Assembly (NCBI GenBank): GCA_002011035.2
Contig: MTLY02000003.1
Coordinates: 32,001 to 96,000, forward strand
DNA: 64,000 nucleotides
Direction of reading: 5' to 3'
Source of the DNA: Candidatus Hecatella orcuttiae
Lineage (GTDB): Archaea > Thermoproteota > Bathyarchaeia > Hecatellales > Hecatellaceae
The translations under genes were made by a program, and so were the position numbers. Of this stretch, positions 9,259 to 18,464 are shown piece by piece (the first letter of the stretch is position 1; each line of letters begins with the position of its first letter). The notes below the pieces were generated by a model that had not been told where the DNA came from, did no database searches, and saw only the letters and a program-made list of their open reading frames with translations.

Positions 9259-10521
9259 ATGACGGTCACATGGGATGAAGAGAAACCTCCAGCCGAAGTA
9301 GCAGCCCGTCCTGCCAAATGGGTCTACCTAGGCGTCGTGTTAATCGCCTTTGCCGTGGTTGCCTCCGGCTTCTCCGCCTACCTCTACCTGAATTTTCAGT
9401 CGCAGGTGGAGGATTTCCACTCCGACTACGCAGCGCTGGAATCTCAGCTTTCCAGCCTCCAGTCGCAGGTTTCCAGCGTGGAAGCTGAACTGAGGAGGCT
9501 TCGCTCCCAGCTGGAAGCTCTCCAGCCCCAACCCGCTGAAGCGGGCGCGCTGCTCACCCCCCAGCAGGTCTTCAAATTGGCTGAGCCCTCCGTCGTCCTC
9601 ATCAGAGCGGAGTCCCTAACGATCTTCGGTGTTGAAGTATCAGAGGGCTCCGGCTTCGTTTACGACTCCCAAGGCCACTTAGTAACCAACAACCACGTGG
9701 TGGAGGGAGCCGACGAACTGGAGGTTGTCTTCCCAGACGGAACGGTCGTCGAGGCTCGGCTTGTGGGCGCTGACCCCTACAGTGACTTGGCGGTTTTGAA
9801 GGTAGACCTGCCGGCTGAGAAGTTGAAGCCTCTGCCTTTAGGAAACTCCTCCGAGCTTTCGGTCGGAGACCCCATCGTGGCCATCGGAAACCCCTTCGGT
9901 TTAAGCAACACCATGACGGCTGGGATAGTAAGCCAAGTGGGAAGAGAGTTAAGAGCTCCGAGAGGCTACATCATCATCGACGTCATCCAGGTTGACGCCG
10001 CCATCAACCCCGGGAACTCCGGAGGGCCTCTGATGAACATGAAGGGGGAAGTGGTGGGGGTGAACACGGCCATCATTTCAGGTTCAGGAACCTCCGCCGG
10101 AGTCGGGTTCGCCATTCCCTCCGACACGGTGAAAAGGGAAGTGCCTGTCCTCATAGCAACGGGTGAGTATAAGCATCCGTGGATAGGCATCTCAGGAACC
10201 GACGTGACCCCTGAGATCGCGGAGGCCATGGGGCTGAAGGAAGTGAAAGGCTTCCTCATCACCGACGTCGTCGAAGGCAGCCCAGCTGAGGCGGCGGGGC
10301 TCCGGGGGGGCAGCAGAACCGTTACCATCGAAGGCTTGGAGGTCAAACTAGGCGGCGACGTCATAATAGGCGTGGACGACGTGGAAGTCAGGAAGCTGAG
10401 GGACGGCATCGTCTACATCGAGAGAAACAAACAGCCCGGGGACGAGATCACCCTCACCATCATCAGGGAGGGACAAGTCCTCACCGTGGAGTTGATGTTG
10501 GGGGAGAGACCTCCGCCCTAA
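9259..10521 (+). CDS. htrA: Membrane-anchored HtrA/DegP-family serine protease with PDZ domain
   Basis: N-terminal TM and coiled coil; TNNHVV, DLAVL, GNSGGPL catalytic triad; C-terminal PDZ. Confidence 0.92.
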   Translation: MTVTWDEEKPPAEVAARPAKWVYLGVVLIAFAVVASGFSAYLYLNFQSQVEDFHSDYAALESQLSSLQSQVSSVEAELRRLRSQLEALQPQPAEAGALLTPQQVFKLAEPSVVLIRAESLTIFGVEVSEGSGFVYDSQGHLVTNNHVVEGADELEVVFPDGTVVEARLVGADPYSDLAVLKVDLPAEKLKPLPLGNSSELSVGDPIVAIGNPFGLSNTMTAGIVSQVGRELRAPRGYIIIDVIQVDAAINPGNSGGPLMNMKGEVVGVNTAIISGSGTSAGVGFAIPSDTVKREVPVLIATGEYKHPWIGISGTDVTPEIAEAMGLKEVKGFLITDVVEGSPAEAAGLRGGSRTVTIEGLEVKLGGDVIIGVDDVEVRKLRDGIVYIERNKQPGDEITLTIIREGQVLTVELMLGERPPP

Positions 10522-10682
10522 AGCATCCCGGCTTCTCAGCCAAGTCACCTTCAACCCTCCCGGAGAAAACTTTTCCTCCTATTCGAAGAGGCCTTGCCGA
10601 CAAAACTATTTAAAGTGAAACCGCTAGCTATACTCTAAGCCGGCTGATAGGACCGTTTACCCTTGATGCTTCCCCCCAGAGG

Positions 10683-12551
10683 TTGAGAGAGGTTTCGAGT
10701 GGAATGTTCCAAGAGGAAGTCAAAAAAATCCAGCAACAGCACAGAATCATCGGCCGTGAGGAAGAGCTGAGTTGCGCTCTGGCTGCCGCTTATGCTGGGA
10801 AACACATCCTCTTGGAGGGTGCGGTGGGGGTAGGTAAAACCGTCATAGCGTTGGCGTTAGCCAGACATCTTAACCGAAAATTTTACCGGGTTGACGGGGA
10901 CGAACGCTACACCGAGCATAAGCTCACCGGCTGGTTTGACCCCTCCGCGGTGATGGCCAAGGGCTACTCTTGGGAAACCTTCATCCCAGGACCTTTGACG
11001 CAGGCCATGATGGAGGGCGCTCTCCTGTTCATCAACGAGCTGAACCGAATGCCTGAAGGCACTCAGAACGTCCTCCTTCCCGCAATGGATGAAGGGCGGA
11101 TAAACATCCCTAAGATCGGAGTAGTGGAGTCCAAGCCAACCTTCCTCATCATCGCAACCCAAAACCCTGAAGAATTCGTGGGCACAAGCAGGCTGGGGGA
11201 GGCTTTAAAGGACCGTTTCGTTTGGATTCGCCTCAACTACCAGTCGGGGGTGGAAGAGTGCGAAATAGTCAAAAAGGAGACAGGCTGCGAGGATGAGGCT
11301 TTAATTTCAACAGCCGTTAAAATCGCCAGAAAAACCAGAGAAGACCCTGACATAAGGCGGGGCTCCTCGGTTCGAGGGGCCATCGACCTAGTGGACCTTG
11401 TCAGAAAGTTTGCAGGAGGCTTCACCGCGGACGTGGAAGTTTGGGTAAAAGCCGCCATGATAGCCCTGCCGACCAAGATAGAGCTTCAGGACCAAACCAC
11501 GCGAAAAGTCGACGAGCTGATCAAGAAAATAGTCACCTCCAGCCTAAGTGAAGTGAAAGCCGAAGCGCCGGTGAAGACATCTTCCCAGCCGGAAAAAAGT
11601 GACCGCGGAGGCCATGCTGGGGGACAAGGTTTTCAACAAGCCCTAAAGGACAGGCTTACAGGTAAAAAATTTCAACCCCCACTGAACATGTTAGCTCCGA
11701 AAAGGTCGGAAACGGTAGGCGAACTTCTTCTCGAAGGAAAACTGTTTAAGGAAGCGGTGGCCGCCATTACAAAGGCTGAGCCGAGCTGGCTGGGTTTGCA
11801 TCTTCTGGCTTCGGTTAAGCCTGAGCTTGAGCCGGAGTACCAAGAGCTTGCGAAAAGGCTTCTGATCAGGATGATCGTAAGGCTTGCGGCTCAAATATCT
11901 TGGAGAGGTCTCTCCGCCACCTACTATGGCTGCGTGCCCTTCAAACCGGGAATGGAAGAGTTCGACGTGGAGCAGACCTACGAAAACTGGCTGGGTAACC
12001 CTTGCCCCGGCCCCGAGGACATCGTGGGGGTTGAAAAATTCAGGAAGAAAAACGCCGTGGCCATCATGTTTGACACCAGTAACTCTATGCAGATGAGTAA
12101 GATCGTAACCGCCGCCTTGGCGGTGGGGGTTTTAGCCTACAAGCTGAAGGAAGACCATCACTCCATCATCACCTTCAAGGAAAAGCCTGAAGTCCTAAAA
12201 GGCATGACGGAGAACTTGGAAATCGAAACGCTGGTGGGCAGAATCCTAGACCACCAGCCCGGAGGACTGACCAACATCCGGGACGCTTTAGCCAAGGGTT
12301 TGGAGGAACTGGAGCGGGTTCAAGTCCACAGGCAACTGGGCATCATGGTGACAGACGGATGGGTTACCTACGGAGGAGACCCGGTGGAGATCGCTGAGAA
12401 ATATCCCCGTCTTCATGTGATCCAGGTTCCTCTGGGTGTGGGAGGAGGAGACCCTGACATGTGCCGAACCCTCGCCAAGGCTGGGAGGGGGAAATACTCC
12501 TATATGCGAAGTTTCTACCATCTCCCCCAAGCCATCCTCTCCATCTTGTGA
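10683..12551 (+). CDS. MoxR/CoxD-like AAA+ ATPase fused to a vWA domain
   Basis: Walker A GAVGVGKT, Walker B variant LFINE, IATQNP, ALKDRF; C-terminal MIDAS DTSNS...T...TDG. Confidence 0.85.
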   Translation: MREVSSGMFQEEVKKIQQQHRIIGREEELSCALAAAYAGKHILLEGAVGVGKTVIALALARHLNRKFYRVDGDERYTEHKLTGWFDPSAVMAKGYSWETFIPGPLTQAMMEGALLFINELNRMPEGTQNVLLPAMDEGRINIPKIGVVESKPTFLIIATQNPEEFVGTSRLGEALKDRFVWIRLNYQSGVEECEIVKKETGCEDEALISTAVKIARKTREDPDIRRGSSVRGAIDLVDLVRKFAGGFTADVEVWVKAAMIALPTKIELQDQTTRKVDELIKKIVTSSLSEVKAEAPVKTSSQPEKSDRGGHAGGQGFQQALKDRLTGKKFQPPLNMLAPKRSETVGELLLEGKLFKEAVAAITKAEPSWLGLHLLASVKPELEPEYQELAKRLLIRMIVRLAAQISWRGLSATYYGCVPFKPGMEEFDVEQTYENWLGNPCPGPEDIVGVEKFRKKNAVAIMFDTSNSMQMSKIVTAALAVGVLAYKLKEDHHSIITFKEKPEVLKGMTENLEIETLVGRILDHQPGGLTNIRDALAKGLEELERVQVHRQLGIMVTDGWVTYGGDPVEIAEKYPRLHVIQVPLGVGGGDPDMCRTLAKAGRGKYSYMRSFYHLPQAILSIL

Positions 12552-12651
12552 CACTTTTTTGCGGGAGCCCGGATTAAGGTCAGTCGGCTTTGAAACCTAG
12601 GTTCAGGCAGGTTTTTCTCGCGCTGGGGTGGAGAAAATGTTTTTAAAATAG

Positions 12652-12669
12652 TAAATATAATAAATATAA
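12652..12669 (+). repeat. Tandem TAAATATAA x2 in AT-rich promoter of the P-II gene
   Basis: Exact 9-bp tandem duplication about 27-44 nt upstream of the ATG. Confidence 0.5.
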
Positions 12670-12695
12670 TAATAAAATTTTCTGAGGACTAGGTC

Positions 12696-13046
12696 ATGAA
12701 GAAAATTGAAGCCTATATAAAATCTGATAAATTAAAGGAAGCAATCCACGAGCTGAAGAAAATCGGCGTTCCCGGCTTCACCTACTATGCCGTAACAGGT
12801 CACGGCAGAGAGGAAGAAGTTAAAGGATTCGTCCCTAGGGGCATCTCGGCTATTCCCATCAAAGAAGACATCCTACCCCGAACGAAAATCGAGATCATGT
12901 GCAACGACAAGGATGTTGACAAAATTTTCGAAGCCATCTGGAAAGCCTGTTGCACTAAGAAACCGGGAGACGGAATGGTCTTCGTCTCACCCATAACAGC
13001 CGCCTATAAACTGAAGGCGAAAGAAAAGCTCTCTAAGCTAGAATAA
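12696..13046 (+). CDS. P-II family signal transduction protein
   Basis: MKKIEAYIK, GHGRE, PRTKIEI, PGDGMVFVSP. Confidence 0.88.
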   Translation: MKKIEAYIKSDKLKEAIHELKKIGVPGFTYYAVTGHGREEEVKGFVPRGISAIPIKEDILPRTKIEIMCNDKDVDKIFEAIWKACCTKKPGDGMVFVSPITAAYKLKAKEKLSKLE

Positions 13047-13083
13047 AACCCTTGGGGCCTAGACCCTGCGGGTTTAGAGGACG

Positions 13084-13692
13084 CTATCCTCCGGAAAGAA
13101 TCTTCCACACTTCTTTTTTTAGGGTTTTCTCAGCGAAAAGAAGCCTCGTCTCGAAGGTCTCGTCGATGACTACTCTCCCATCCGGTGTGGAGACCACGCA
13201 GCCTCCTATAGACTTCAGCGGCTTCTTGTCAAACGTCACCTTCATGTTTGAGGGCAGCTTCAGTTTTTGAAGCACCTGCTGGGAGCGCTCTAGGTCTTTT
13301 TCGTTAAGCTTCACCTTGATGCTCTCCGAGCCTATCTGAGACGCTGCCAAAGCTGTGAGATGGCGGAGGCTTTTGAGGTAGGCTTCCCCCTTGACGATTC
13401 CTCGAAGCTTTTTCTCCGCCTCCTTGAAGGCTTGACCTATCAGCCTGTTTTTTTCCGCCAGAATTTTCAGGGACGCCTCCCTTCTGGCTTCGCTGAGCCT
13501 TCTATCTTCAATGAGCTTAGCCTCTTCCCGAGTTTCAGCCTCAGCGTTCTCCTCCACTTTCCGTCCTTCTTCTTCAGCCTTCTGGACGAGTTCCCTCGCC
13601 TGCTTCTCAGCTTCTTCGATTCTCTTTTTAGCTTCAGCATGGGCGTCGGCTAAAATTTCTTCACCGATCTTGGCCAGAACTTGGCTGCTCAA
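13084..13692 (-). CDS. A/V-type ATP synthase subunit E-like
   Basis: N-terminal coiled coil; SIGGCVVSTPDGRVVIDETFETRL typical subunit E C-terminus. Confidence 0.8.
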   Translation of the reverse strand: MSSQVLAKIGEEILADAHAEAKKRIEEAEKQARELVQKAEEEGRKVEENAEAETREEAKLIEDRRLSEARREASLKILAEKNRLIGQAFKEAEKKLRGIVKGEAYLKSLRHLTALAASQIGSESIKVKLNEKDLERSQQVLQKLKLPSNMKVTFDKKPLKSIGGCVVSTPDGRVVIDETFETRLLFAEKTLKKEVWKILSGG

Positions 13693-14021
13693 AGTTTAAC
13701 CCCCAAAATTTCCTCCACGATTCTTTCAGCCGCTTTTTCAAGGTTTTTGGATGCTTTTTCTCTCAAGGCTTTGATTTGGTTCTCAGCTTCCTTTTCGATT
13801 TTGGCGGCTTTTTCTTGGATGAGGGCATCGGTTTCCTTTATCATTTTTTCCCTTCGATGTTTCGCTTTTTCGGAGGCCTTTGCTTTGATGGCTTCTGCCT
13901 CCGCTTCCGCCTTCCTCAATATTTCCCTACTTCTGCTTTCTGCGTCCTCTATGATCTTCCTAGCCTGCTCTTCTATTTCCCTGATTTTCCTGAGGGTTTC
14001 CACCGAAGACAAAGCCTTCAC
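13689..14021 (-). CDS. A/V-type ATP synthase subunit H/G-like peripheral stalk protein
   Basis: All-helical E/K/A-rich, ETLRKIREIEEQARKIIEDA; overlaps subunit E gene; start uncertain. Confidence 0.7.
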   Translation of the reverse strand: MKALSSVETLRKIREIEEQARKIIEDAESRSREILRKAEAEAEAIKAKASEKAKHRREKMIKETDALIQEKAAKIEKEAENQIKALREKASKNLEKAAERIVEEILGVKL

Positions 14022-14103
14022 CGCAACTCCGCTGAAAGTAAGATTAAGGTTTCTTGGGTGGTTTCGACTATATAAAATCTTGTTCAACCCCGAGAAGAAG
14101 GGT

Positions 14104-15384
14104 CTACATATAGTCTCTAAGGCTGGGTTTTCTTTTCTTCCCGGGAGCAGGTTTTCCTGTTTCTTCTTTTACTATCAGTTTCCCGTATACTCCATCGTAG
14201 CCCGGCTTTACCGTTACTCTACCCTCTCTAACCCTCACGATCAATTCGGCGACAGGGCGTTCTACAACTTCGCACAGCTCCCCGTAGGAGGCGTCGAGCA
14301 GAACCGTGTACTCGTTTCCAAACCTCCTCACCAAGGCGTTGTACCGCAGCCAAACCCTCTGACTGGACAGGCTGTCAGCCCCCAAGGCTGTGGCTATGAC
14401 CTCGGAGAGGGGGAGAAGATGCACGTAAGCCGGGGTCTTTTCAGGCTTGAACCCCGCAGGTCTGTCAGCCAACTCTTCAACCCTCTGCTCAACCCCCTTG
14501 GTCATCTTCCGCCCGCAGACAGGGCACAAGCTTTCCATCTTCTCCGCCTCTTGGGCTGGGAGGGAGACGCCGCAAGCCCGATGTCCCGTCCAGTGGTATT
14601 TCCCGTAGGCGGGGTTGGTTTCGACGGTGAAGAGGAAGCGGCGGGGGTCCTTGGATTTTATGGCCTCCACGATATTTCGGAAGCCCAGATTTTTCAACTC
14701 TAAAACGTTGGCTTCCCTCCCCAGCCTCCAAGGCCAGTAACTGTGGCTGTCGGAGTTGGAGACCAAAGCTAAACGGTCCAACTCCTTTATCCTCCAGTTC
14801 ATGGGAGGATCCGAGGAAAGGCCTGTTTCCAAGGCGAAGATTTTGGAGGTCTTGTCTTGGTAGCAGTCTTCAAGGCGGTCGAAGCCGCTGAAGGTTCCGA
14901 AGAGGCTGAACCAGGGAGTCCAAGCGTGGGCGGGAAACACAACGTTTTCCTCTGAGACTTGGAGAGTGAGCTCCACAAGCTCCGGAGGCGTCAATTCCAA
15001 AGTCGGTCTTCCATCGGCTTCTAGGGAGCCGTATTTTCGGAGCTCCTCGTTCAGCTGCTCAGCCACCTCCAAGCTGGGCATCCATATGACATGGTGGATT
15101 TTTTTCTGTTTACCTTCAAAGCTAAAAAGGGTGTGAACCTCGCAGCTTACCATAAAATATACTTGGGGGTTTTCGGCTTCCTTGAGAGTGTAAAGCCCAT
15201 CCCACGGGCTTTCTTCCAGTAACGCCTTCAGCTCGTTGTACCATAGGGGATGGGTGGAGTCCCCTGTGCCCACCACTTTCAATCCTTTAATCTGAGCATA
15301 ACGCGCTATGGAAGTCACCGTCATATCTTGGCTGGTAGCTCTGCTGTATCGGGAGTGAATGTGGCCGTCTAGAAACACCCTCAA
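14104..15384 (-). CDS. endoQ: Endonuclease Q family (PHP domain plus Zn finger)
   Basis: DGHIHSRYSRATS, PAHAWTPWFS, ETGLSSD, SNSDSHS, GKYH..GHRAC, CPVCG, PGYDGVYG. Confidence 0.9.
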   Translation of the reverse strand: MRVFLDGHIHSRYSRATSQDMTVTSIARYAQIKGLKVVGTGDSTHPLWYNELKALLEESPWDGLYTLKEAENPQVYFMVSCEVHTLFSFEGKQKKIHHVIWMPSLEVAEQLNEELRKYGSLEADGRPTLELTPPELVELTLQVSEENVVFPAHAWTPWFSLFGTFSGFDRLEDCYQDKTSKIFALETGLSSDPPMNWRIKELDRLALVSNSDSHSYWPWRLGREANVLELKNLGFRNIVEAIKSKDPRRFLFTVETNPAYGKYHWTGHRACGVSLPAQEAEKMESLCPVCGRKMTKGVEQRVEELADRPAGFKPEKTPAYVHLLPLSEVIATALGADSLSSQRVWLRYNALVRRFGNEYTVLLDASYGELCEVVERPVAELIVRVREGRVTVKPGYDGVYGKLIVKEETGKPAPGKKRKPSLRDYM

Positions 15385-15465
15385 AGCGGCCGCCTGAAAC
15401 CCTGTTTTCCTCCCTTCAACCTATCCCTGAAGAAGGTTAAATCTTTTCGGCTAACTTCGACTGCG

Positions 15466-15957
15466 ATGTTTTTATGCCTCAAGCAAGTTTCTCTCCTCAT
15501 GAAGGGAGCCTACGTTCTCCTCCTCTCCGCCGAGGAAAACGCGAAGGTTAAGGTTGGAAGCCTAGGAGAAATAAAGCTGGCAAAAGGACACTACGCCTAC
15601 GTGGGCTCCGCCCTTGGAAGAGGACTGAACCTAGAGAAACGGGTGCAGAGACATAAAAGATTAGCCGAAACGAAAGCCGGCTGTTTAAGATGGCACATCG
15701 ACTACCTTCTGGCCTCGCCCAGCTTCCGTTGGAGGGAAGCCATCCTCATCGAGTCATCGGAACCCTTGGAATGCGCTGTTTCCCGAAGGCTTGAAGCCTT
15801 GGCAGAGGCGGTTATACCGAAATTCGGCTCTTCCGACTGCAAGAACGCTTGCAGAGGCCATCTTCACTATCTTGGAACCCGGCCTCTTCGAGAAATCAGA
15901 GACATTTTAGAAAACCTAAGATTGAACCTTCGTCATGCTGCTGTGAAACATCCTTAG
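15466..15957 (+). CDS. Uri/GIY-YIG superfamily endonuclease (DUF123-like)
   Basis: KGAYVL, YAYVGSA, WHIDYLL, FGSSDC..C.GHL. Confidence 0.85.
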   Translation: MFLCLKQVSLLMKGAYVLLLSAEENAKVKVGSLGEIKLAKGHYAYVGSALGRGLNLEKRVQRHKRLAETKAGCLRWHIDYLLASPSFRWREAILIESSEPLECAVSRRLEALAEAVIPKFGSSDCKNACRGHLHYLGTRPLREIRDILENLRLNLRHAAVKHP

Positions 15958-15993
15958 CCGGCCGGACCCGGTTGGGGGTGTCTTCGGGTTTCC

Positions 15994-16299
15994 CTAGATG
16001 GTTTCTGTGAAGACTGTTACGCCTTCGATGTATTTCGCCCACTGCCTCAGAAGCTTCAAAGCCTCTGGGGTGGACAGGTCTTTTTTATACTCTTCCACGT
16101 TTTTGATGTCGATGCATTCGATGTAGTTGTAGGGAAGAGGCTTCCCTTCCAAGGTTTCCTTGAGCTTGTAGACGCGGTAGGAGGTTATGGATTTAAAGAA
16201 TTTCTCGGTGGTCGGGTAATCAAATTCATGAACCCACTTCTCGTATTCCTCCGCTTTGGCTTCAGGGCGAAGTTTCGATAACACGAAAACCCTAGGCAT
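15994..16299 (-). CDS. HapK/REDY-like dimeric alpha+beta barrel protein
   Basis: KLRPE..AEEYEKWVHEFDYP, PYNYIECIDI; ATG at 16299 follows GGAGG. Confidence 0.6.
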   Translation of the reverse strand: MPRVFVLSKLRPEAKAEEYEKWVHEFDYPTTEKFFKSITSYRVYKLKETLEGKPLPYNYIECIDIKNVEEYKKDLSTPEALKLLRQWAKYIEGVTVFTETI

Positions 16300-16434
16300 T
16301 CTTCCACCTCCAATTGTAGATAGAGAAGGGGGGAGTGCGGATAAAAAACTATCCGGGAAGGGCAACTGGGCGGCAAAACCTAATAACCGCATAAATAGTT
16401 ACTTCAAGATGGCTGAACCTAGGATGTGTTGCCC

Positions 16435-16596
16435 ATGTGGAATAAGTGCCCGAAATGCGGTGGAAGGATGGTATGCGAAGAAGTTTCCATTCTAGGAAAA
16501 CATGGAACCTTAGGGCGGAAAAGCTACCTTTTTAACGCCTACATCTGTAGCTCATGCCGCTACACGGAGTTTTTCCTTCAGCCTCCGAAAAGTTAG
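16435..16596 (+). CDS. Small Zn-ribbon protein, 53 aa (DUF2082-like)
   Basis: Manual translation MWNKCPKCGGRM...AYICSSCRYTEFFLQPPKS*; below ORF-track cutoff. Confidence 0.75.
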   Translation: MWNKCPKCGGRMVCEEVSILGKHGTLGRKSYLFNAYICSSCRYTEFFLQPPKS

Positions 16597-16629
16597 ACTC
16601 AAAAAGACCGCCTCGGAGGATAGGGGACG

Positions 16630-17208
16630 GTGAAATTGTCGGTTGATAAAAGAATCCTCTACTTTAAGGTTCCGGGGGAGCAGTGCACTCAAGAAACTTT
16701 TCAACGGGCCAAAGAACGGGCTGAGGAGCTGGGAATAAAGGATTTGGTCGTCGCCTCCACCACCGGTGAAACTGGAATAAAAGCCTGCGAGTATTTCAGA
16801 GGATACAACCTCACCGTTGTCTCCCATTACACCGGTTTCAAGGAGCCCGGCGTCCAGCAGATGAGCCTTGAAAACCGCGAAAAAATCCGAAAACTGGGAG
16901 GTAGACTTCTCACCTGCACCCACGCTTTCCAAGGTGTGGAACGGGGGATAAGGGAAAAGTTCGCCACCGCCTACCCTGTCGAAATAATGGCTCAAACCCT
17001 AAGGCTTTTCGGAGAAGGCGTGAAGGTTGCAGTGGAGATATCCCTCATGGCAGCGGACGCAGGGCTTATTCCTCATGACAGGGAAATCATCGCCATAGCC
17101 GGAACGAATAGAGGAGCCGACACAGCCCTAGTCCTTCAGCCTGCCAACACGACTAGAGTTTTCAGCCTAAAGGTAAAAGAAATAATAGCAAAGCCCCGGC
17201 TGAACTGA
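16630..17208 (+). CDS. Conserved pyruvate-kinase C-terminal-like alpha/beta domain protein
   Basis: LVVASTTGETG, TLRLFGEGVKVAVEI..MAADAG, AGTNRGADTA. Confidence 0.8.
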   Translation: MKLSVDKRILYFKVPGEQCTQETFQRAKERAEELGIKDLVVASTTGETGIKACEYFRGYNLTVVSHYTGFKEPGVQQMSLENREKIRKLGGRLLTCTHAFQGVERGIREKFATAYPVEIMAQTLRLFGEGVKVAVEISLMAADAGLIPHDREIIAIAGTNRGADTALVLQPANTTRVFSLKVKEIIAKPRLN

Positions 17209-17260
17209 AACGGAGAATTCTCATCCGAGATTTGGAAAATAATAATTCAGAGGTCAGCCT

Positions 17261-17563
17261 TCAGCCGGAGGGCGCAGGTTTTTCCAAGGTGATTTCCATG
17301 GTGCTGACGTTGGATTTTCTGTCTTCCCTCTCCACGGTTTCCGTTCCTATGGTGATGTTTTTGATGACCAAGTCCTTCACGAAGGCTCTCCTCAACAGTT
17401 CCACCGTGTCCACAGCTTTGCTGATGGCGGTGCCTCGGGCTTTTACGACGATTCCGTTGTAGCCTTGGTTGAAGAAGGTCACGCAGGCTACCACGTAGTT
17501 CATGACGGGTTTTCTACCAACCAACACCACATTCCGTTGGGCCTCGGGTTTTTCTTCTGCCAT
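17261..17563 (-). CDS. alba: DNA/RNA-binding protein Alba
   Basis: VLVGRKPVMNYV, VKARGTAISKAVDTVE, NVSTMEITL. Confidence 0.95.
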   Translation of the reverse strand: MAEEKPEAQRNVVLVGRKPVMNYVVACVTFFNQGYNGIVVKARGTAISKAVDTVELLRRAFVKDLVIKNITIGTETVEREDRKSNVSTMEITLEKPAPSG

Positions 17564-17776
17564 TCGCATCAACTCCTCTTGGCTACCGTTGCGGTGTTTA
17601 AAATATCATCCGATGGGGTTGAAAAATATTTTGGTCTCCTCCCTTTTAGCTGCAGGCATCCACCGGGAGGGTCCTAGAGTCGATCGGGGCATCCATAAGC
17701 ATAAAACTGTTAACCATCCAGTTAACAACCACTTCAACAGCCCCAAAGTTTAAATAAAATTCGTAAAAAGTCTCCC

Positions 17777-17945
17777 TGCACCTTAAGGCAGCGAATGTGC
17801 ATGTTCCCTCCGCCGATGGGGGCAACATCTAATAGGAGCCTTGCCGAATTTTATGGTTGGACAAGGCCAAGTCAAGCCTAACGTTTCCAAAGGCCGGCGG
17901 AAGAGATGACACCAACCTCCTCCGATGCGGTGTCCGGACTTTTCC
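17777..17945 (+). ncRNA. Candidate structured ncRNA or 5' leader (four consecutive hairpins)
   Basis: Stems TGCAC/GTGCA, ATGTT-CCCTC/GGGGG-C-AACAT, GCCTTG-CCGA/TTGG-A-CAAGGC, GGAAGAG..GACACC/GGTGTC..CTTTTCC, downstream of TATA-like TTTAAATAAAA at ~17749. Confidence 0.4.
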
Positions 17946-18000
17946 AGCTCTGGGGCTTTAACTTCAGGTTTAGCGAAGCCTCCAGAGGAGGCGGTGAGCG

Positions 18001-18291
18001 TTGAGCGAGCCTGCCGTGAGCCCCACGGTCTTCCACTTTCTGGAGAAGCATGTGGGGAAACGGGTGGTCATCATTTTGGACAGGGACTTCGGCTACGAGG
18101 GAAAGATTGAAGCTGTCTCCCACATACCCCCCGGCATCTGGCTGGCTGAAGCTGAAGCTGTGGTTTTGCGGTCTACCATGGTCAACCCCATTCCCAGAGT
18201 TGTGAGCAGGGAGAAGAAAAGCGAACTTTTCATCCATCTGAATTCAGTGCAGAGGGTCGAAGTGCTCAGCACCGGTAAAAGCCGCGATTAG
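18001..18291 (+). CDS. Divergent Sm/Lsm-like fold protein
   Basis: FLEKHVGKRVVIILD..F.YEGKI (Sm1-like), ELFIHLNSVQRVEV (Sm2-like); RBS GGAGGCGGTG. Confidence 0.55.
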   Translation: MSEPAVSPTVFHFLEKHVGKRVVIILDRDFGYEGKIEAVSHIPPGIWLAEAEAVVLRSTMVNPIPRVVSREKKSELFIHLNSVQRVEVLSTGKSRD

Positions 18292-18464
18292 AGCGACAGA
18301 AAGAAAGGAGCTAAGCTGATGATCAGGATCACGACTACAACAGCCACGATGACGGCCTGCGGTTTTATCTTAACGCCGAAGGACTCCTCTTCATAGAAAC
18401 GGAGAAGACCGGCCATCGTGCTAGGCATAGGCGCCTCTTCTCTTCTTCTCTTCATCCGGCTCAT
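18288..18464 (-). CDS. secG: Preprotein translocase subunit Sec61beta
   Basis: Manual translation MSRMKRRREAPMPSTMAGLLRFYEEESFGVKIKPQAVIVAVVVVILII...; AGL.RF.EE motif plus C-terminal TM. Confidence 0.9.
   Translation of the reverse strand: MSRMKRRREEAPMPSTMAGLLRFYEEESFGVKIKPQAVIVAVVVVILIISLAPFFLSL

Noticed and set aside
13681-14703. 340-aa hydrophobic-looking + ORF
   Set aside because: Antisense to the E/K-rich stalk gene and endoQ; F/S/L richness is the complement of Glu/Lys codons.
17646-17828. 60-aa minus ORF upstream of alba
   Set aside because: No motif; spans promoter-like AT tracts and hairpins better explained as non-coding.
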